64,000 bases of DNA from Pseudomonadota bacterium (GCA_021827205.1 JAKAWV010000005.1:79120-143119); one strand, 5' to 3'; positions 27,208-38,682 are shown, counted from the first letter of the stretch. The notes: a model not told the origin generated them from the sequence alone. Numbers and translations: made by a program.

Positions 27208-28172
27208 ACAATCTGACCTGGCTGTTAAAGCGTGAATTCTGGGAACACCGCGGCGGGTTCCTCTGGGCTCCTTTTTGGACCGGCGTGGCGGTATTGGCGC
27301 TGACCCTGCTCGGCCTGCTCGCCGGCGAAGTGCGCATGCTGCAGGTCAACGGCGGTGGATCGAGTTCGGCCATCTCCATGTTGTTTTCCGAGCAAACGCC
27401 CAAGCAGATCGAACAGGCCGCCAAATTGCTCAATGGTTCGTTGCTTGGTGTGAACGCGCTGTTCGGCCTGGTCATGGGCGTCGTGCTGTTTTTTTATCTG
27501 CTGGGTGCGCTTTACGACGACCGCAGAGATCGCAGTGCACTGTTCTGGAAATCGCTGCCCGTATCCGATGCCGGCACGGTGATCAGCAAAGCGTTGATGG
27601 CAACGGTGTTGATCCCGTTACTGGTGTTCGCTCTGATGCTGGTCACATGGCTGCTGCTGCAGATCTTGCTCAGCATATTCGTGTTGATCCACGGTGGCAG
27701 CCCATGGGCACTGATCTGGGGGCAGCACAGCTTTCTGCCGATGCTCGCTGTGCTGCTCGCAGACCTGCCCGCGCACATGCTGTGGGCCTTGCTTGCGGTT
27801 GGCTGGCTGTTGCTGTGCTCGGCGGCGGTGCGCAGCAAACCCTTTCTGTGGGCGGTATTGATCCCCGTGCTGTTTGGTATTGCCAATGGCTGGATCGGTC
27901 TGATGGGCGTGCCCAACCTGCCCGTTTGGTTCCTGTGGCGCGAAGGCATTGCGCGGATGCTTTTGGGTATGTTTGGCCTTTACGGCGCGTGGGGGCAAAC
28001 CCTATCCGTCGGCGACGAGGCATTGCGCAGCGGTAATATTTTCGGCTGGGAGGCCGCCGGGCGCGGGCTCGCCGCGCTTTATGCATCACCGGGGCTGTGG
28101 ATCGGCGCCCTGGCGGGTATCGCGATGATCGCCGGTGCGGTGTGGTTCAGGCGCCGCAACAGCGAGGTGTGA
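27204..28172 (+). CDS. polytopic membrane protein, probable ABC-2-like permease partner
   Basis: 322 aa. The N-terminus MNNLTWLLKREFWEHRGGF is typical of ABC-2-like permeases. Six or more hydrophobic helices. Confidence 0.7.
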   Translation: MNNLTWLLKREFWEHRGGFLWAPFWTGVAVLALTLLGLLAGEVRMLQVNGGGSSSAISMLFSEQTPKQIEQAAKLLNGSLLGVNALFGLVMGVVLFFYLLGALYDDRRDRSALFWKSLPVSDAGTVISKALMATVLIPLLVFALMLVTWLLLQILLSIFVLIHGGSPWALIWGQHSFLPMLAVLLADLPAHMLWALLAVGWLLLCSAAVRSKPFLWAVLIPVLFGIANGWIGLMGVPNLPVWFLWREGIARMLLGMFGLYGAWGQTLSVGDEALRSGNIFGWEAAGRGLAALYASPGLWIGALAGIAMIAGAVWFRRRNSEV

Positions 28173-28223
28173 GAGTTCAGCGGGCCGGCGCTGCCCCTGG
28201 ATGCAGCGCCAGCCCGGCAACGA

Positions 28224-28652
28224 TCAGTGCCCGGCCTCGGGCTTGTGCTTCGCGTCTGCCGGATGGACACGCGCGTTGACCAGCGTCAGCTTGCCACCAA
28301 GATCGGCATAGCCGGTGAAACCAAAAGTCACCTGCAGACCGGCGAACCAGCGCAGCTGGCTGTCCTTCACACCCGATTTGGAGCTGGGCTTGAGCAGCAC
28401 TGTCTTCGGCAGCTTCCTCTGTTCGTCGAGATAGCGGAAGTGGCTGGCCAGATCCGCGGGCGAGAGCAGCGCGCCGTCGAGGAGGAACTGGCCGTCCTTG
28501 TAGGACTCCAGCACCATGTCGTAGTGCAGTGGCACGTTGGCCACCACCGGCCCACCGGAGCGCACATTGCCGTTGCAGCCGGCCAGCAACAAGGTGACGG
28601 AAAGAGCGCCGGCAGCCAGCGCGGCGCGAATGGCGGTTTTGCGGTGACTCAT
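28224..28652 (-). CDS. lipoprotein of unknown function
   Basis: Signal peptide with lipobox LLLAGC (MSHRKTAIRAALAAGALSVTLLLAGCNG). 142 aa. Confidence 0.65.
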   Translation of the reverse strand: MSHRKTAIRAALAAGALSVTLLLAGCNGNVRSGGPVVANVPLHYDMVLESYKDGQFLLDGALLSPADLASHFRYLDEQRKLPKTVLLKPSSKSGVKDSQLRWFAGLQVTFGFTGYADLGGKLTLVNARVHPADAKHKPEAGH

Positions 28653-28677
28653 CGAACGAACTCTCCGGTGACTGGAT

Positions 28678-29241
28678 TCAAGCGCGCGGCAGTGTAACGC
28701 CCTTCTGCCCCTGATATTTGCCGCCGCGGTCGCGATAACTGGTGGCGCAGATCTCGTCGGACTCCAGAAACAGCATCTGCGCCACGCCCTCATTCGCGTA
28801 AATCCGCGCCGGCAGCGGCGTGGTGTTGGAAAACTCCAGCGTCACATGGCCTTCCCATTCCGGCTCCAACGGCGTGACGTTGACGATGATGCCGCAGCGC
28901 GCATAGGTGCTCTTGCCCAGACAAATGGTGAGCACGCTGCGCGGGATGCGGAAATACTCCACAGTACGCGCCAGCGCGAAAGAGTTGGGTGGAATGATGC
29001 ATACATCGGCCTGGATGTCGACAAAGCTGCGCGCATCGAAGGCCTTGGGATCGACGATGGTCGAGTTGATGTTGGTGAACACCTTGAACTCGTCCGCGCA
29101 ACGCACGTCGTAGCCGTAGCTCGACGTGCCATAGGACACGATGCGCTGACCATTTGCCTCGCGCACCTGGCCGGGCTCGAACGGTTCGATCATGCCCTGC
29201 GCGGCCATGCGGCGGATCCAGTGATCGGACTTGATGGACAT
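28678..29241 (-). CDS. dcd: dCTP deaminase
   Basis: 187 aa: [26 protein letters not shown]...[28 protein letters not shown]. The upstream part of track ORF 28678..30195 is an out-of-frame shadow of apbC. Confidence 0.9.
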   Translation of the reverse strand: MSIKSDHWIRRMAAQGMIEPFEPGQVREANGQRIVSYGTSSYGYDVRCADEFKVFTNINSTIVDPKAFDARSFVDIQADVCIIPPNSFALARTVEYFRIPRSVLTICLGKSTYARCGIIVNVTPLEPEWEGHVTLEFSNTTPLPARIYANEGVAQMLFLESDEICATSYRDRGGKYQGQKGVTLPRA

Positions 29242-29270
29242 GAGTAACTTCCGTGGGCGGCGGGCGCGGC

Positions 29271-30347
<1,077 letters not shown>

Positions 30348-30480
30348 CGCGGCATCACGTCAAGACAGACATGCAAGTATGCCAGAGAGCCCCGCGCGGC
30401 CACGCGCCGTGCGGCGATGCGGCTTGACGCCTGCGCGCGCCGCTCGCAGGCTCACCGAACTCATTTCTGGAGATCCACTC

Positions 30481-30999
30481 ATGCGTGTGCTGCGTTCATT
30501 CGGATGGCCGGCGTTCGCCGCGATGTTGCTGGTGCTGTCGGGTCTTGCGGGGCAACGCGCGCTGGCGCAAACCGCGACGCCGGCCGATATGTCGCCTGTG
30601 GGCATCTGGAAACAGATCGACGACAAGACTGGGGAGGCCAAGTCGCTGATCCAGATCAGCGAGGTCAACGGCGAGTTGACCGGCAAAGTGCTCAAGGTGC
30701 TGAAGTCGCGCAAGGGCCCCAACCCCCTGTGCGACAAGTGCTCGGGTGCGCTCAAGAACCAGCCGGTGACCGGCATGGAAATCCTGCGCGGCATGAAGCC
30801 CGATGGTTCCAGCTGGAGCGGCGGTACCATCCTCGATCCGAAATCGGGCCGGACCTATCGCTGCGACATGAAAGTGATCGACGGCGGACAAAAGCTCAAG
30901 GTGCGCGGCTACATCGGCTTCTCGTTGTTCGGGCGCACCCAGGTGTGGTTGCGCGAATCCGCGCACGTTGCGCCAGCCGTCAGCGCCACGACGGAATAG
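30481..30999 (+). CDS. DUF2147-like exported protein
   Basis: Signal peptide MRVLRSFGWPAFAAMLLVLSGLAGQRALA. VGIWKQIDDKTGEAKSLIQI...GGTILDPKSGRTYRCDMKV...LKVRGYIG blocks. Confidence 0.7.
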   Translation: MRVLRSFGWPAFAAMLLVLSGLAGQRALAQTATPADMSPVGIWKQIDDKTGEAKSLIQISEVNGELTGKVLKVLKSRKGPNPLCDKCSGALKNQPVTGMEILRGMKPDGSSWSGGTILDPKSGRTYRCDMKVIDGGQKLKVRGYIGFSLFGRTQVWLRESAHVAPAVSATTE

Positions 31000-31090
31000 C
31001 ACCACTCCAGCGCCATCGCGCCGCTCACGCGGCGTGAGGACGCGCGCGGACGCATGGCATAATCGGCGGCCATCCTCCACTGCCGCCGCC

Positions 31091-33268
31091 ATGAGTCGTT
31101 CGCTGGTCACCTGCGCCCTGCCCTACGCCAATGGCCCGCTGCATCTGGGCCATTTGCTGGGCTACATCCAGGCCGATATCTGGGTGCGCGCGCGGCGCAT
31201 GCGCGGGCTCGGGGCGCACTTCGTCTGCGCCGATGACGCGCACGGCACGCCGATCATGCTGGCCGCAGAGAAGGCCGGTGTCGCGCCGGAGGTTTTCATC
31301 CGCGACATCCAACGCGGACACGAGCGCGACTTCGCCGCGTTTGGCGTGGCCTTCGATCATTACCACAGCACGCACAGCCCAGAAAATCAGCAGCTCGCCA
31401 GCCTGATCTACACGCGCCTGCGCGACGGCGGTCACATCGCGCGGCGCCCGGTACAGCAGTTCTACGATCCACTCAAGGGCATGTTCCTGCCCGATCGCTA
31501 CATCAAAGGCACCTGCCCGCACTGTGGCGCGGCCGACCAGTACGGCGACAACTGCGAGGTCTGCGGCAAGGCCTACGCGCCCACCGATCTCAAGAACCCG
31601 TATTCCGTGGTTTCTGGCGCCACGCCCGAGTTGCGCGATTCCGAGCATTACTTCTTCGAGCTCGGCGATTTCCAGGATCTGCTGTTTCAATGGGTCGGCG
31701 GCGCACCTGTTGGCCACGAGAAAGGCCGGCTTCGCATGGCTGCAGCAGTCGCCGCAAAGCTCATGGAATGGATTGAGGGCGGTTTGCGCGACTGGGATAT
31801 TTCGCGCGATGCACCCTACTTCGGGTTTCCCATTCCCGACGCACCAGGCAAGTACTTCTACGTCTGGCTGGACGCGCCGATCGGCTACCTGGCCAGCTTC
31901 AAGGCGCTGTGCGAGGGTGGTCAGTCGTCCGCGCTGAATGCAGCCAGCTTCGATGATTTTCTCGGCGCGAATAGCACAGCCGAACTGCACCACTTCATCG
32001 GCAAGGACATCATCAACTTCCACGGCCTGTTCTGGCCGGCCATGCTGCACGGCGCCGGCTACCGGCTGCCCACCGCGCTGCACGTCAACGGTTACCTGAC
32101 CGTCAACGGAGCCAAGATGTCCAAATCGCGCGGCACCTTCATCCAGGCGCGCACCTACCTCGACGCCGGGCTGGAGCCGGAATACCTGCGCTACTACTTC
32201 GCCAGCATGCTGGGGCCAGCGCCCACCGATGTCGATCTCGACCTCGTCGCCTTCGAGGAGCGCGTCAACTCCCACCTCGTCGGCAAGTGGGTGAACATCG
32301 CCAGCCGCACGGCAGGATTCGTGCACAGGTTCTTCGACGGCCGCACAGCAAGCAACTTTTCAGACACCGAGCAGGAACTCTGGAACAACCACCTGAAGGT
32401 GAACCTCGGTTACGTGGCGCACAAAAGTCCATATGCCGGTAGCTCTACGGGCTATTACGAAGACGGCGACTTCGCCAAGGTCTGCAACGGCTTTGTGCTG
32501 ATGGCCGACATGGTCAACGCTTACATCGCCGAGAAGGCGCCTTGGCAGATGGCCAGGGATGAGTCCAAGCGCGCAGAACTGCACCAGGTCTGCACCTTCG
32601 CGCTGTCGGCCTTCCGCCTGCTGGCCGGCTGGCTCAAACCCATCCTGCCCGCCACGGTAGCGCGCGCCGAGGTATTTCTCGATGCGCCGATCAAGGATTT
32701 CGACGACGCCGCGCGGCCGCTGCTGGGCCACCGCATCCGGCCCTTCATACTCCTGCTCACACGCATCGACCCCAAGCAGGTCGAGGCCATGGTCACGGCC
32801 TCCACCGATTCCCTGCAGCCGGCAGCACCCGCCGCCGAACCGAGGGCACGACCGATGAACTCCCCGCCCGCGTCCGCATCTACGAACTTCGGCTCTTCTA
32901 CCCCGAGTCCCGAGTCCCGAGTTCCGAGTCCCGGCTCTTTCATTTCCATCGACGACTTCGCCAAGCTCGATCTGCGCATCGCAACCGTGCTGGCTTGTGA
33001 ATTCGTGGACGGCTCGGACAAGCTGCTGCGCTTCGAGCTGGATGCCGGCGAACTGGGCAAGCGGCAGATTTTTTCCGGCACCCGCGCTGCCTACGGCGAA
33101 CCCGCGAAGCTGGTCGGCCGCAAGGTCGTGTTCATCGCCAACCTCGCGCCACGCAAGATGCGCTTCGGCGTGTCGGAGGGCATGATCCTGTCCGCCGGCA
33201 GCGGTGGTGCCGATCTGTTCCTGCTCGACGCCGACGCCGGCGCGAAGCCGGGCATGCCGGTGCGCTGA
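31091..33268 (+). CDS. metG: methionine--tRNA ligase with C-terminal tRNA-binding (Trbp111/EMAP-like) domain
   Basis: HIGH-type motif (PLHLGHLLGY), zinc knuckles CPHCG...CEVCG, KMSKS (AKMSKSRGT), and C-terminal FAKLDLRIATVL...GMILSAG. Confidence 0.95.
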   Translation: MSRSLVTCALPYANGPLHLGHLLGYIQADIWVRARRMRGLGAHFVCADDAHGTPIMLAAEKAGVAPEVFIRDIQRGHERDFAAFGVAFDHYHSTHSPENQQLASLIYTRLRDGGHIARRPVQQFYDPLKGMFLPDRYIKGTCPHCGAADQYGDNCEVCGKAYAPTDLKNPYSVVSGATPELRDSEHYFFELGDFQDLLFQWVGGAPVGHEKGRLRMAAAVAAKLMEWIEGGLRDWDISRDAPYFGFPIPDAPGKYFYVWLDAPIGYLASFKALCEGGQSSALNAASFDDFLGANSTAELHHFIGKDIINFHGLFWPAMLHGAGYRLPTALHVNGYLTVNGAKMSKSRGTFIQARTYLDAGLEPEYLRYYFASMLGPAPTDVDLDLVAFEERVNSHLVGKWVNIASRTAGFVHRFFDGRTASNFSDTEQELWNNHLKVNLGYVAHKSPYAGSSTGYYEDGDFAKVCNGFVLMADMVNAYIAEKAPWQMARDESKRAELHQVCTFALSAFRLLAGWLKPILPATVARAEVFLDAPIKDFDDAARPLLGHRIRPFILLLTRIDPKQVEAMVTASTDSLQPAAPAAEPRARPMNSPPASASTNFGSSTPSPESRVPSPGSFISIDDFAKLDLRIATVLACEFVDGSDKLLRFELDAGELGKRQIFSGTRAAYGEPAKLVGRKVVFIANLAPRKMRFGVSEGMILSAGSGGADLFLLDADAGAKPGMPVR
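32903..32933 (+). repeat. heptanucleotide tandem repeat (CCGAGTC)x4, third unit CCGAGTT, inside the metG linker
   Basis: Read directly. Translated as ...TPSPESRVPSPGS.... Flanked by the near-direct repeats TTCGGCTCTTC and CCGGCTCTTTC. Confidence 0.9.
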
Positions 33269-33289
33269 GCGCCCGGGACTGTGTCGACC

Positions 33290-33533
33290 GCAGCGAAAAG
33301 CAAATAGGGCTGCGCCGTATCGGCGTCGACGGATCCCGACAGTTCCACACCGACCAGACGATAGCGCGTGGACGCCGGCAGTTCGACGCGCGCACCTGCT
33401 GCGAGACGGCGCGATAACGCGTGAAGTCTGGCGCCACGAACACCTCATCACGCTGTTCGACGGATGCATAAAACGCAGCCATGTCGACGTGGGTGATCTT
33501 GCGCAAACCAACCAGCTCATGGATTGCATTCAT
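33290..33533 (-). pseudogene. dinB: relic of DNA polymerase IV gene
   Basis: Collinear fragments in two frames. LRKITHVDMAAFYASVEQRD matches the DinB N-terminus (compare MRKIIHVDMDCFFAAVEMRD). VFVAPDFTRYRAVSQQVR is the palm segment. YRLVGVELSGSV...LLF is the C-terminal end. About 300 codons are missing. Confidence 0.6.
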
Positions 33534-33665
33534 CAACGCGCATGCTCGCATGGTGCCGAACCTGGCGCAGCCCGGGCATCAGCGCGTGATGCAACGATGT
33601 GGCGCTGACTGCACAATGGAGCACCTGCACACTCCGACCCACACGGCGCATCGAGCGTACTCATC

Positions 33666-34271
33666 ATGACTGCCGATTCCGCCCTCGCCGATCGCCTCGA
33701 TGCGCTGCTGCCGCAGACGCAGTGCGGGCAATGTGGTTACGGCGGCTGCATGCCCTACGCCGAGGCGATGGCGCGTGGCGACACCGCGCACAACCGCTGC
33801 CCACCCGGCGGCAGCGCCACTATTGCCGCGCTGGCGAGCGCGCTCGGTCAGTTGCCGCTGCCGCTGGATCCCGCATGTGGCGAGCACAAACCACGTACAC
33901 TGACGTACATCCGCGAAGCCGAATGCATCGGCTGCACCAAGTGCATTCAGGCTTGCCCGGTCGATGCCATCGTCGGCGCCAGCAAGCGCATGCACACGGT
34001 GCTGGAAGCGCTATGCACCGGCTGCGAACTGTGCGTTGCGCCCTGCCCCGTGGATTGTATCGAACTACTCCCGAACGTCTTGCCGCGCATGAGCGTTGCA
34101 GAATCGAACGCGGCGCGGTTGCGTCATCGTGCGCGCCGGCAGCGCCTCGGCGAAGAACTCGTGCAGCAGACATACCATGCCGCAACAAGCAGCGTCGACG
34201 GTGACCTGCAAGCTTTGACGGCAGCGCTGGCACGCGCATCCGCGCGGCGCGGCGGCGGCAACAAACCCTGA
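33666..34271 (+). CDS. RnfB/RsxB-like ferredoxin
   Basis: N-terminal CGQCGYGGC cluster plus two 4Fe-4S motifs ([24 protein letters not shown]). Confidence 0.8.
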   Translation: MTADSALADRLDALLPQTQCGQCGYGGCMPYAEAMARGDTAHNRCPPGGSATIAALASALGQLPLPLDPACGEHKPRTLTYIREAECIGCTKCIQACPVDAIVGASKRMHTVLEALCTGCELCVAPCPVDCIELLPNVLPRMSVAESNAARLRHRARRQRLGEELVQQTYHAATSSVDGDLQALTAALARASARRGGGNKP

Positions 34272-34292
34272 AGCCATGCGACGTGGGGTGGA

Positions 34293-35165
34293 TCAGGCAG
34301 CACGCGCCGGCTGGCGCTGCAGCAGCGCCAGCAAATCGGCGATCCGCTGACGCTGCTGACGGCGATCCACAATCATGTCGATGGCGCCGTGTTCGAGCAA
34401 AAACTCCGAACGCTGGAAGCCCTCGGGCAGCGTTTCGCGCACGGTCTGTTGGATCACGCGCGGTCCGGCGAAGCCGATCAGCGCCTTGGGCTCGCCGATG
34501 TTGATATCGCCCAGCATGCCCAGGCTGGCCGATACGCCGCCCGTGGTGGGATGCGTCAGCACTGAGACATACGGCAGCCCGGCCTCGCGCAGGCGCGCCA
34601 GCGCGGCCGAAGTCTTGGCCATCTGCATCAGCGACAGCAGGCCTTCCTGCATGCGTGCGCCGCCGGTGGCTGAGAAGCACACCAGCGGGCAATGCTGCTC
34701 CAGCGCATGCTCGGCGGCACGGGCGAATTTTTCGCCTACCACCGAACCCATCGAGCCGCCCATGAATGCGAACTCGAACGCCACCGCCACCAGTGGTTGC
34801 CCGCACAGGTTCCCGTGCATGGAAATCAGCGCGTCCTTTTCGCCGGTGGACTGCTGCGCGACGCTGATGCGATCGCGGTATTTCCTGGCGTCGCGAAAGC
34901 CCAGCGCGTCGATCGGCGTCACGCCAGCATCCAGTTCGCGGCTGCCTTCGGCATCCAGAAACACGGACAGACGCATGCGCGCCGACAGCGGATGGTGATG
35001 GCTGCACTTGGGGCAGACCATCAGATTGCGCTCTAGTTCGGGGCGATACAGCGCCGCGCCACAGCCCGCGCATTTTTCCCATACACCCTCGGGCACCTTG
35101 CCGCGCGGTGCAGCACGGCGCTCGCGCCGCGCGCCGCCGGGAACGAGTTTTTGCAACCAGCTCAT
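34293..35165 (-). CDS. accD: acetyl-CoA carboxylase carboxyltransferase beta subunit
   Basis: MSWLQKL..., zinc ribbon CAGCGAALY...CPKCSHH, and the carboxyltransferase core GGSMG. Confidence 0.95.
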   Translation of the reverse strand: MSWLQKLVPGGARRERRAAPRGKVPEGVWEKCAGCGAALYRPELERNLMVCPKCSHHHPLSARMRLSVFLDAEGSRELDAGVTPIDALGFRDARKYRDRISVAQQSTGEKDALISMHGNLCGQPLVAVAFEFAFMGGSMGSVVGEKFARAAEHALEQHCPLVCFSATGGARMQEGLLSLMQMAKTSAALARLREAGLPYVSVLTHPTTGGVSASLGMLGDINIGEPKALIGFAGPRVIQQTVRETLPEGFQRSEFLLEHGAIDMIVDRRQQRQRIADLLALLQRQPARAA

Positions 35166-35203
35166 GCGGTACTCCTGAAAAAGCTACGGATGCGGCCTGT
35201 GCG

Positions 35204-36013
35204 TCAGGCCGCCTTGCGCGCGTCCAACGCGGCGCGAATCGGGGCGAGAAACGCGCGCGCGCGCGCACCAACATCGGTGTCGCCGCCACTGCCCTGCAAA
35301 TACTCGACCAGCGCACTGCCGATCACCACGGCATCGGCGAAACTGGCGATGGCCAGCGCGCCGGCAGCATCCTTGACGCCGAAGCCGACCGCGACCGGCA
35401 CCCGCGCCTGCTGGCGCAGCGCCTGTACTTGCGCGGCAATCGCCGCAGCGTCGGCGCGCGCCGCGCCGGTAACGCCCGTTATGGAAACAAAATACAGGAA
35501 ACCCGAGGCGCGCGCGGCCAGATCGTGCGTGCGCGTGGCGCTGCTGGTCGGCGCCAGCAGACGGATCAGGTGCAGGTGCCGTGCCTGCATTTGCGCGCAC
35601 AGCGCGGCATCGTCCAGCGGACTGTCCACCAGCAGCAGGCCATCGACGCCAGCGTTGGCGGCTTCCTCGGCAAAGTGCTCGACGCCGCGAATCTCGATCG
35701 GGTTGAGGTAGCCCATCAGCACCAGCGGCGTGTGCGTGTCGTCGCGGCGAAAGGTGCGCACCATCTCCAGCACCTGCGTGAGTCCGATCTTGCGCGCCAG
35801 CGCACGCTCGTTGGCGCGCTGAATCACCGGACCATCCGCCATCGGATCGGAAAACGGCATGCCGAGCTCGATCAGGTCCGCGCCGGCATCGACCAAGGCG
35901 TGCAGCAGCGGCACCATCGCCGCGGGGTCAGGATCGCCCGCAGTCACAAAGGGGATCAGCCCGGTGCGCGCGGCGGACTTGAGCTGGGAAAAACGCTGAT
36001 CGATGCGATTCAT
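35204..36013 (-). CDS. trpA: tryptophan synthase alpha chain
   Basis: MNRIDQRFSQLK...LIPFVTAGDP...ELGMPFSDPMADGPVIQ. Lies downstream of trpB. Confidence 0.9.
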   Translation of the reverse strand: MNRIDQRFSQLKSAARTGLIPFVTAGDPDPAAMVPLLHALVDAGADLIELGMPFSDPMADGPVIQRANERALARKIGLTQVLEMVRTFRRDDTHTPLVLMGYLNPIEIRGVEHFAEEAANAGVDGLLLVDSPLDDAALCAQMQARHLHLIRLLAPTSSATRTHDLAARASGFLYFVSITGVTGAARADAAAIAAQVQALRQQARVPVAVGFGVKDAAGALAIASFADAVVIGSALVEYLQGSGGDTDVGARARAFLAPIRAALDARKAA

Positions 36014-36081
36014 GTCGGGGCATACTGGGGGCATACTGAATGTCGGGTGATGTGCAAAGAGAGTGTGTGTGTGTCAGTCCA

Positions 36082-37311
36082 TTACAGCGCAATGCCTTCG
36101 CGCTGTGCGATGGTATGCACGTCCTTGTCGCCGCGGCCGGACAGATTGCATAGCACCAGCGCGTCGCGCGGCAACTCGCGCGCCAGCTTGATGGCCTGGG
36201 CCACAGCATGCGCTGATTCCAACGCGGCCAGAATGCCTTCGCTGCGCGCCAGTTGATGGAAGGCTCGCATGGCCTCGGCGTCGGTCACACCGACATATTC
36301 GGCACGGCCGGCATCTTTCAGAAACGCATGCTCGGGGCCGACACCGGGGTAGTCGAGGCCGGCCGAGATCGAGTGCGTCTCGGTGATCTGGCCGTCGTCG
36401 TCGCACAGCACATAGGTACGATTGCCGTGCAGCACGCCGGGCCGGCCAGCCGCCAGCGAAGCCGCGTGATGGCCCGTGGCAAGGCCCTCGCCAGCGGCCT
36501 CGGCGCCGACGATGCGCACGTCGCGGTCATTGAGAAACGCATGGAACAAGCCGATGGCATTGGAGCCGCCGCCGACGCAGGCGGTCAGCGCATCCGGCAA
36601 GCGCCCGTATTCCGTCAGCATTTGCGCTCGCGCTTCGCGCCCGACGACGGCGTTGAAATCGCGCACCATCATCGGATACGGGTGCGGACCAGCCACCGTG
36701 CCGATGATGTAAAACGTGTCGCGCACGTTGGTCACCCAGTCGCGCAGCGCTTCGTTGAGTGCGTCCTTGAGCGTGCGCGAGCCGGAGCTGACCGGCACCA
36801 CCGTGGCACCCAGCAGCTTCATGCGGAACACGTTGATGGCCTGGCGCGCGATATCGGTCTCACCCATGTACACCATGCACTCGAGGCCTAGACGCGCGGC
36901 CACCGTGGCGCTGGCTACGCCGTGTTGGCCGGCGCCGGTCTCGGCGATGATGCGCGTCTTGCCCATGTGCCTGGCCACCATGGCCTGACCCACGGTGTTG
37001 TTGATCTTGTGCGCGCCGGTGTGATTCAGATCCTCGCGCTTGAGCAGGATCTGCGCGCCACCGACCTCGCGCGACAAACGCTGCGCGTGATAAATCGGAC
37101 TGGGGCGGCCGACGTAATGCTTGAGGTCGTGCGCAAGCTCGGCCTGGAACGCGGGGTCATCGCGCAGTTTCAGATAAGTCGCGGTGAGCTCGGCCAGCGG
37201 CGCGATCAGGGTTTCGGCCACGTACACGCCGCCGTAGGCGCCGAAGCGGCCCATGGCGTCGGGGTAGGCGTTGAAGTCGATCTCAGGCTCGGTCTTGCGC
37301 TGCGGTTTCAC
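36082..37311 (-). CDS. trpB: tryptophan synthase beta chain
   Basis: [20 protein letters not shown] and the PLP lysine block [11 protein letters not shown]. The GTG at 37311 gives a typical ~409 aa. An ATG at 37350 is the alternative. Confidence 0.9.
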   Translation of the reverse strand: MKPQRKTEPEIDFNAYPDAMGRFGAYGGVYVAETLIAPLAELTATYLKLRDDPAFQAELAHDLKHYVGRPSPIYHAQRLSREVGGAQILLKREDLNHTGAHKINNTVGQAMVARHMGKTRIIAETGAGQHGVASATVAARLGLECMVYMGETDIARQAINVFRMKLLGATVVPVSSGSRTLKDALNEALRDWVTNVRDTFYIIGTVAGPHPYPMMVRDFNAVVGREARAQMLTEYGRLPDALTACVGGGSNAIGLFHAFLNDRDVRIVGAEAAGEGLATGHHAASLAAGRPGVLHGNRTYVLCDDDGQITETHSISAGLDYPGVGPEHAFLKDAGRAEYVGVTDAEAMRAFHQLARSEGILAALESAHAVAQAIKLARELPRDALVLCNLSGRGDKDVHTIAQREGIAL

Positions 37312-37918
37312 GATGAATCTCTCGGAAGAATTGCTGCAACTTGTGTGCATCCTTGATTCCGACGGCGCTTTCCACGCCGCTGGATACATCCACACCCCAC
37401 GGTCGTGCAAAACGCACAGCCCGCGCCACGTTATCCGCAGTCAGCCCGCCCGCCAAGAACCACGGCGTGGTCAGCGGCGGCAACTGCGCCCAGTCGAAAC
37501 TCTGGCCCTGCCCACCCGGTTCACCGATCGCGTGGCCATCAAGCACGAAACCGGCTGCATGCGGATATTGCGCCATGCGCGCGGGCACGTCACTCGCCTC
37601 GCGCATGGCCAAAGCCTTGAACCACGGCCGCCCAAAATCCGTGCAAAAAGTGTCGTCCTCGGCGCCGTGAAACTGCAGCAAATCCGGCCGCAGCGCCGCG
37701 CTGACCTCGATCACTTCAGCCGCCGGTGCATCCATGAATAGTGCGACGATGGCTACCAACGGCGGCAACGCCGCGCGAATGGCCAAGGCCTGCGCAAGCG
37801 TAAGGCATCGCGGGCTGCGTGGCGTGAAAATCAGGCCGATGGCGTCCGCGCCCAGCGCTGCGGCAAGTCGCGCGTCCTCGGCGCGGGTGATACCGCAAAT
37901 CTTGACGCGCGGCCTCAT
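37283..37918 (-). CDS. trpF: phosphoribosylanthranilate isomerase
   Basis: [16 protein letters not shown]...GADAIGLIF...LQFHG...LAGGL. 211 aa. The start overlaps the truA stop (ATGA). Confidence 0.9.
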   Translation of the reverse strand: MRPRVKICGITRAEDARLAAALGADAIGLIFTPRSPRCLTLAQALAIRAALPPLVAIVALFMDAPAAEVIEVSAALRPDLLQFHGAEDDTFCTDFGRPWFKALAMREASDVPARMAQYPHAAGFVLDGHAIGEPGGQGQSFDWAQLPPLTTPWFLAGGLTADNVARAVRFARPWGVDVSSGVESAVGIKDAHKLQQFFREIHRETAAQDRA

Positions 37919-38682
37919 GCGCTGACCTCCTCGGGCAGGCCGAATAAAGCCGGATAGCGCGGTCCGATGAAAGTCAGGCCCTGCGGCGGCGCGGTCGGCC
38001 CGGCCATGGCGCGATCGTGGCCCTGCAGCAGCTCGCGCAGCCAGCACTCGGGCTGCTCGCCACGACCGATCGGCAACAGCGAGCCGACGATATTGCGCAC
38101 CATGTGATGCAGGAACGCGTTGGCCTCGATGTCCACGATCACCTCGTCCGCCACACGCCGTACCTCGGCTTGCAGCAGCGTGCGCCGCGCGTGATGCGCC
38201 TGACAAGCAAGTGCGCGGAAGGCCGAGAAATCGTGTTCGCCCAGTAGCTCCTGCGCGGCGCGATGCATGCGCTCGGCATCCAGCGGCGCGCGCTCCCAGG
38301 CCACGCGATCGTGCTCCAGCGCAGCACGCGCCGCGCGGTTGAGAATGCGGTAACGGTAACGCCGCGAGGTCGCGCTGAAGCGCGCATGAAACTCCGCGGT
38401 CACCGGCTGTGCCCAGCGCACTGCCACGCTCGCCGGCAGCACGCTGTTGGCACCGAGCATCCACGCGCGCGGCGTGCGCACGGCAACGGAATCGAAGTGC
38501 ACTACCTGACAACGCGCATGCACGCGTGCATCGGTGCGGCCGGCGCAGGTCACCTCGAGCATGTGATCGGCCACGCGCGATAACGCGGCCTCGACGGCAG
38601 CCTGCACCGACGCGCCATGGCTCAGGCGCTGCCAGCCGAGAAAAGCGTCCCCGGCGTACTCGATACCCAATGCGATGCGCAT
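37915..38682 (-). CDS. truA: tRNA pseudouridine(38-40) synthase
   Basis: [20 protein letters not shown] and the catalytic Asp block [10 protein letters not shown]. Confidence 0.9.
   Translation of the reverse strand: MRIALGIEYAGDAFLGWQRLSHGASVQAAVEAALSRVADHMLEVTCAGRTDARVHARCQVVHFDSVAVRTPRAWMLGANSVLPASVAVRWAQPVTAEFHARFSATSRRYRYRILNRAARAALEHDRVAWERAPLDAERMHRAAQELLGEHDFSAFRALACQAHHARRTLLQAEVRRVADEVIVDIEANAFLHHMVRNIVGSLLPIGRGEQPECWLRELLQGHDRAMAGPTAPPQGLTFIGPRYPALFGLPEEVSA

Noticed and set aside
33820-35316. 498-aa minus-strand ORF
   Set aside because: It is out of frame with accD and antisense to the rnfB-like gene, with low-complexity Arg/Ala translation.
36063-36074. (GT)6 dinucleotide run between trpB and trpA
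   Set aside because: It is a short intergenic microsatellite with no supporting context, so I do not consider it meaningful.
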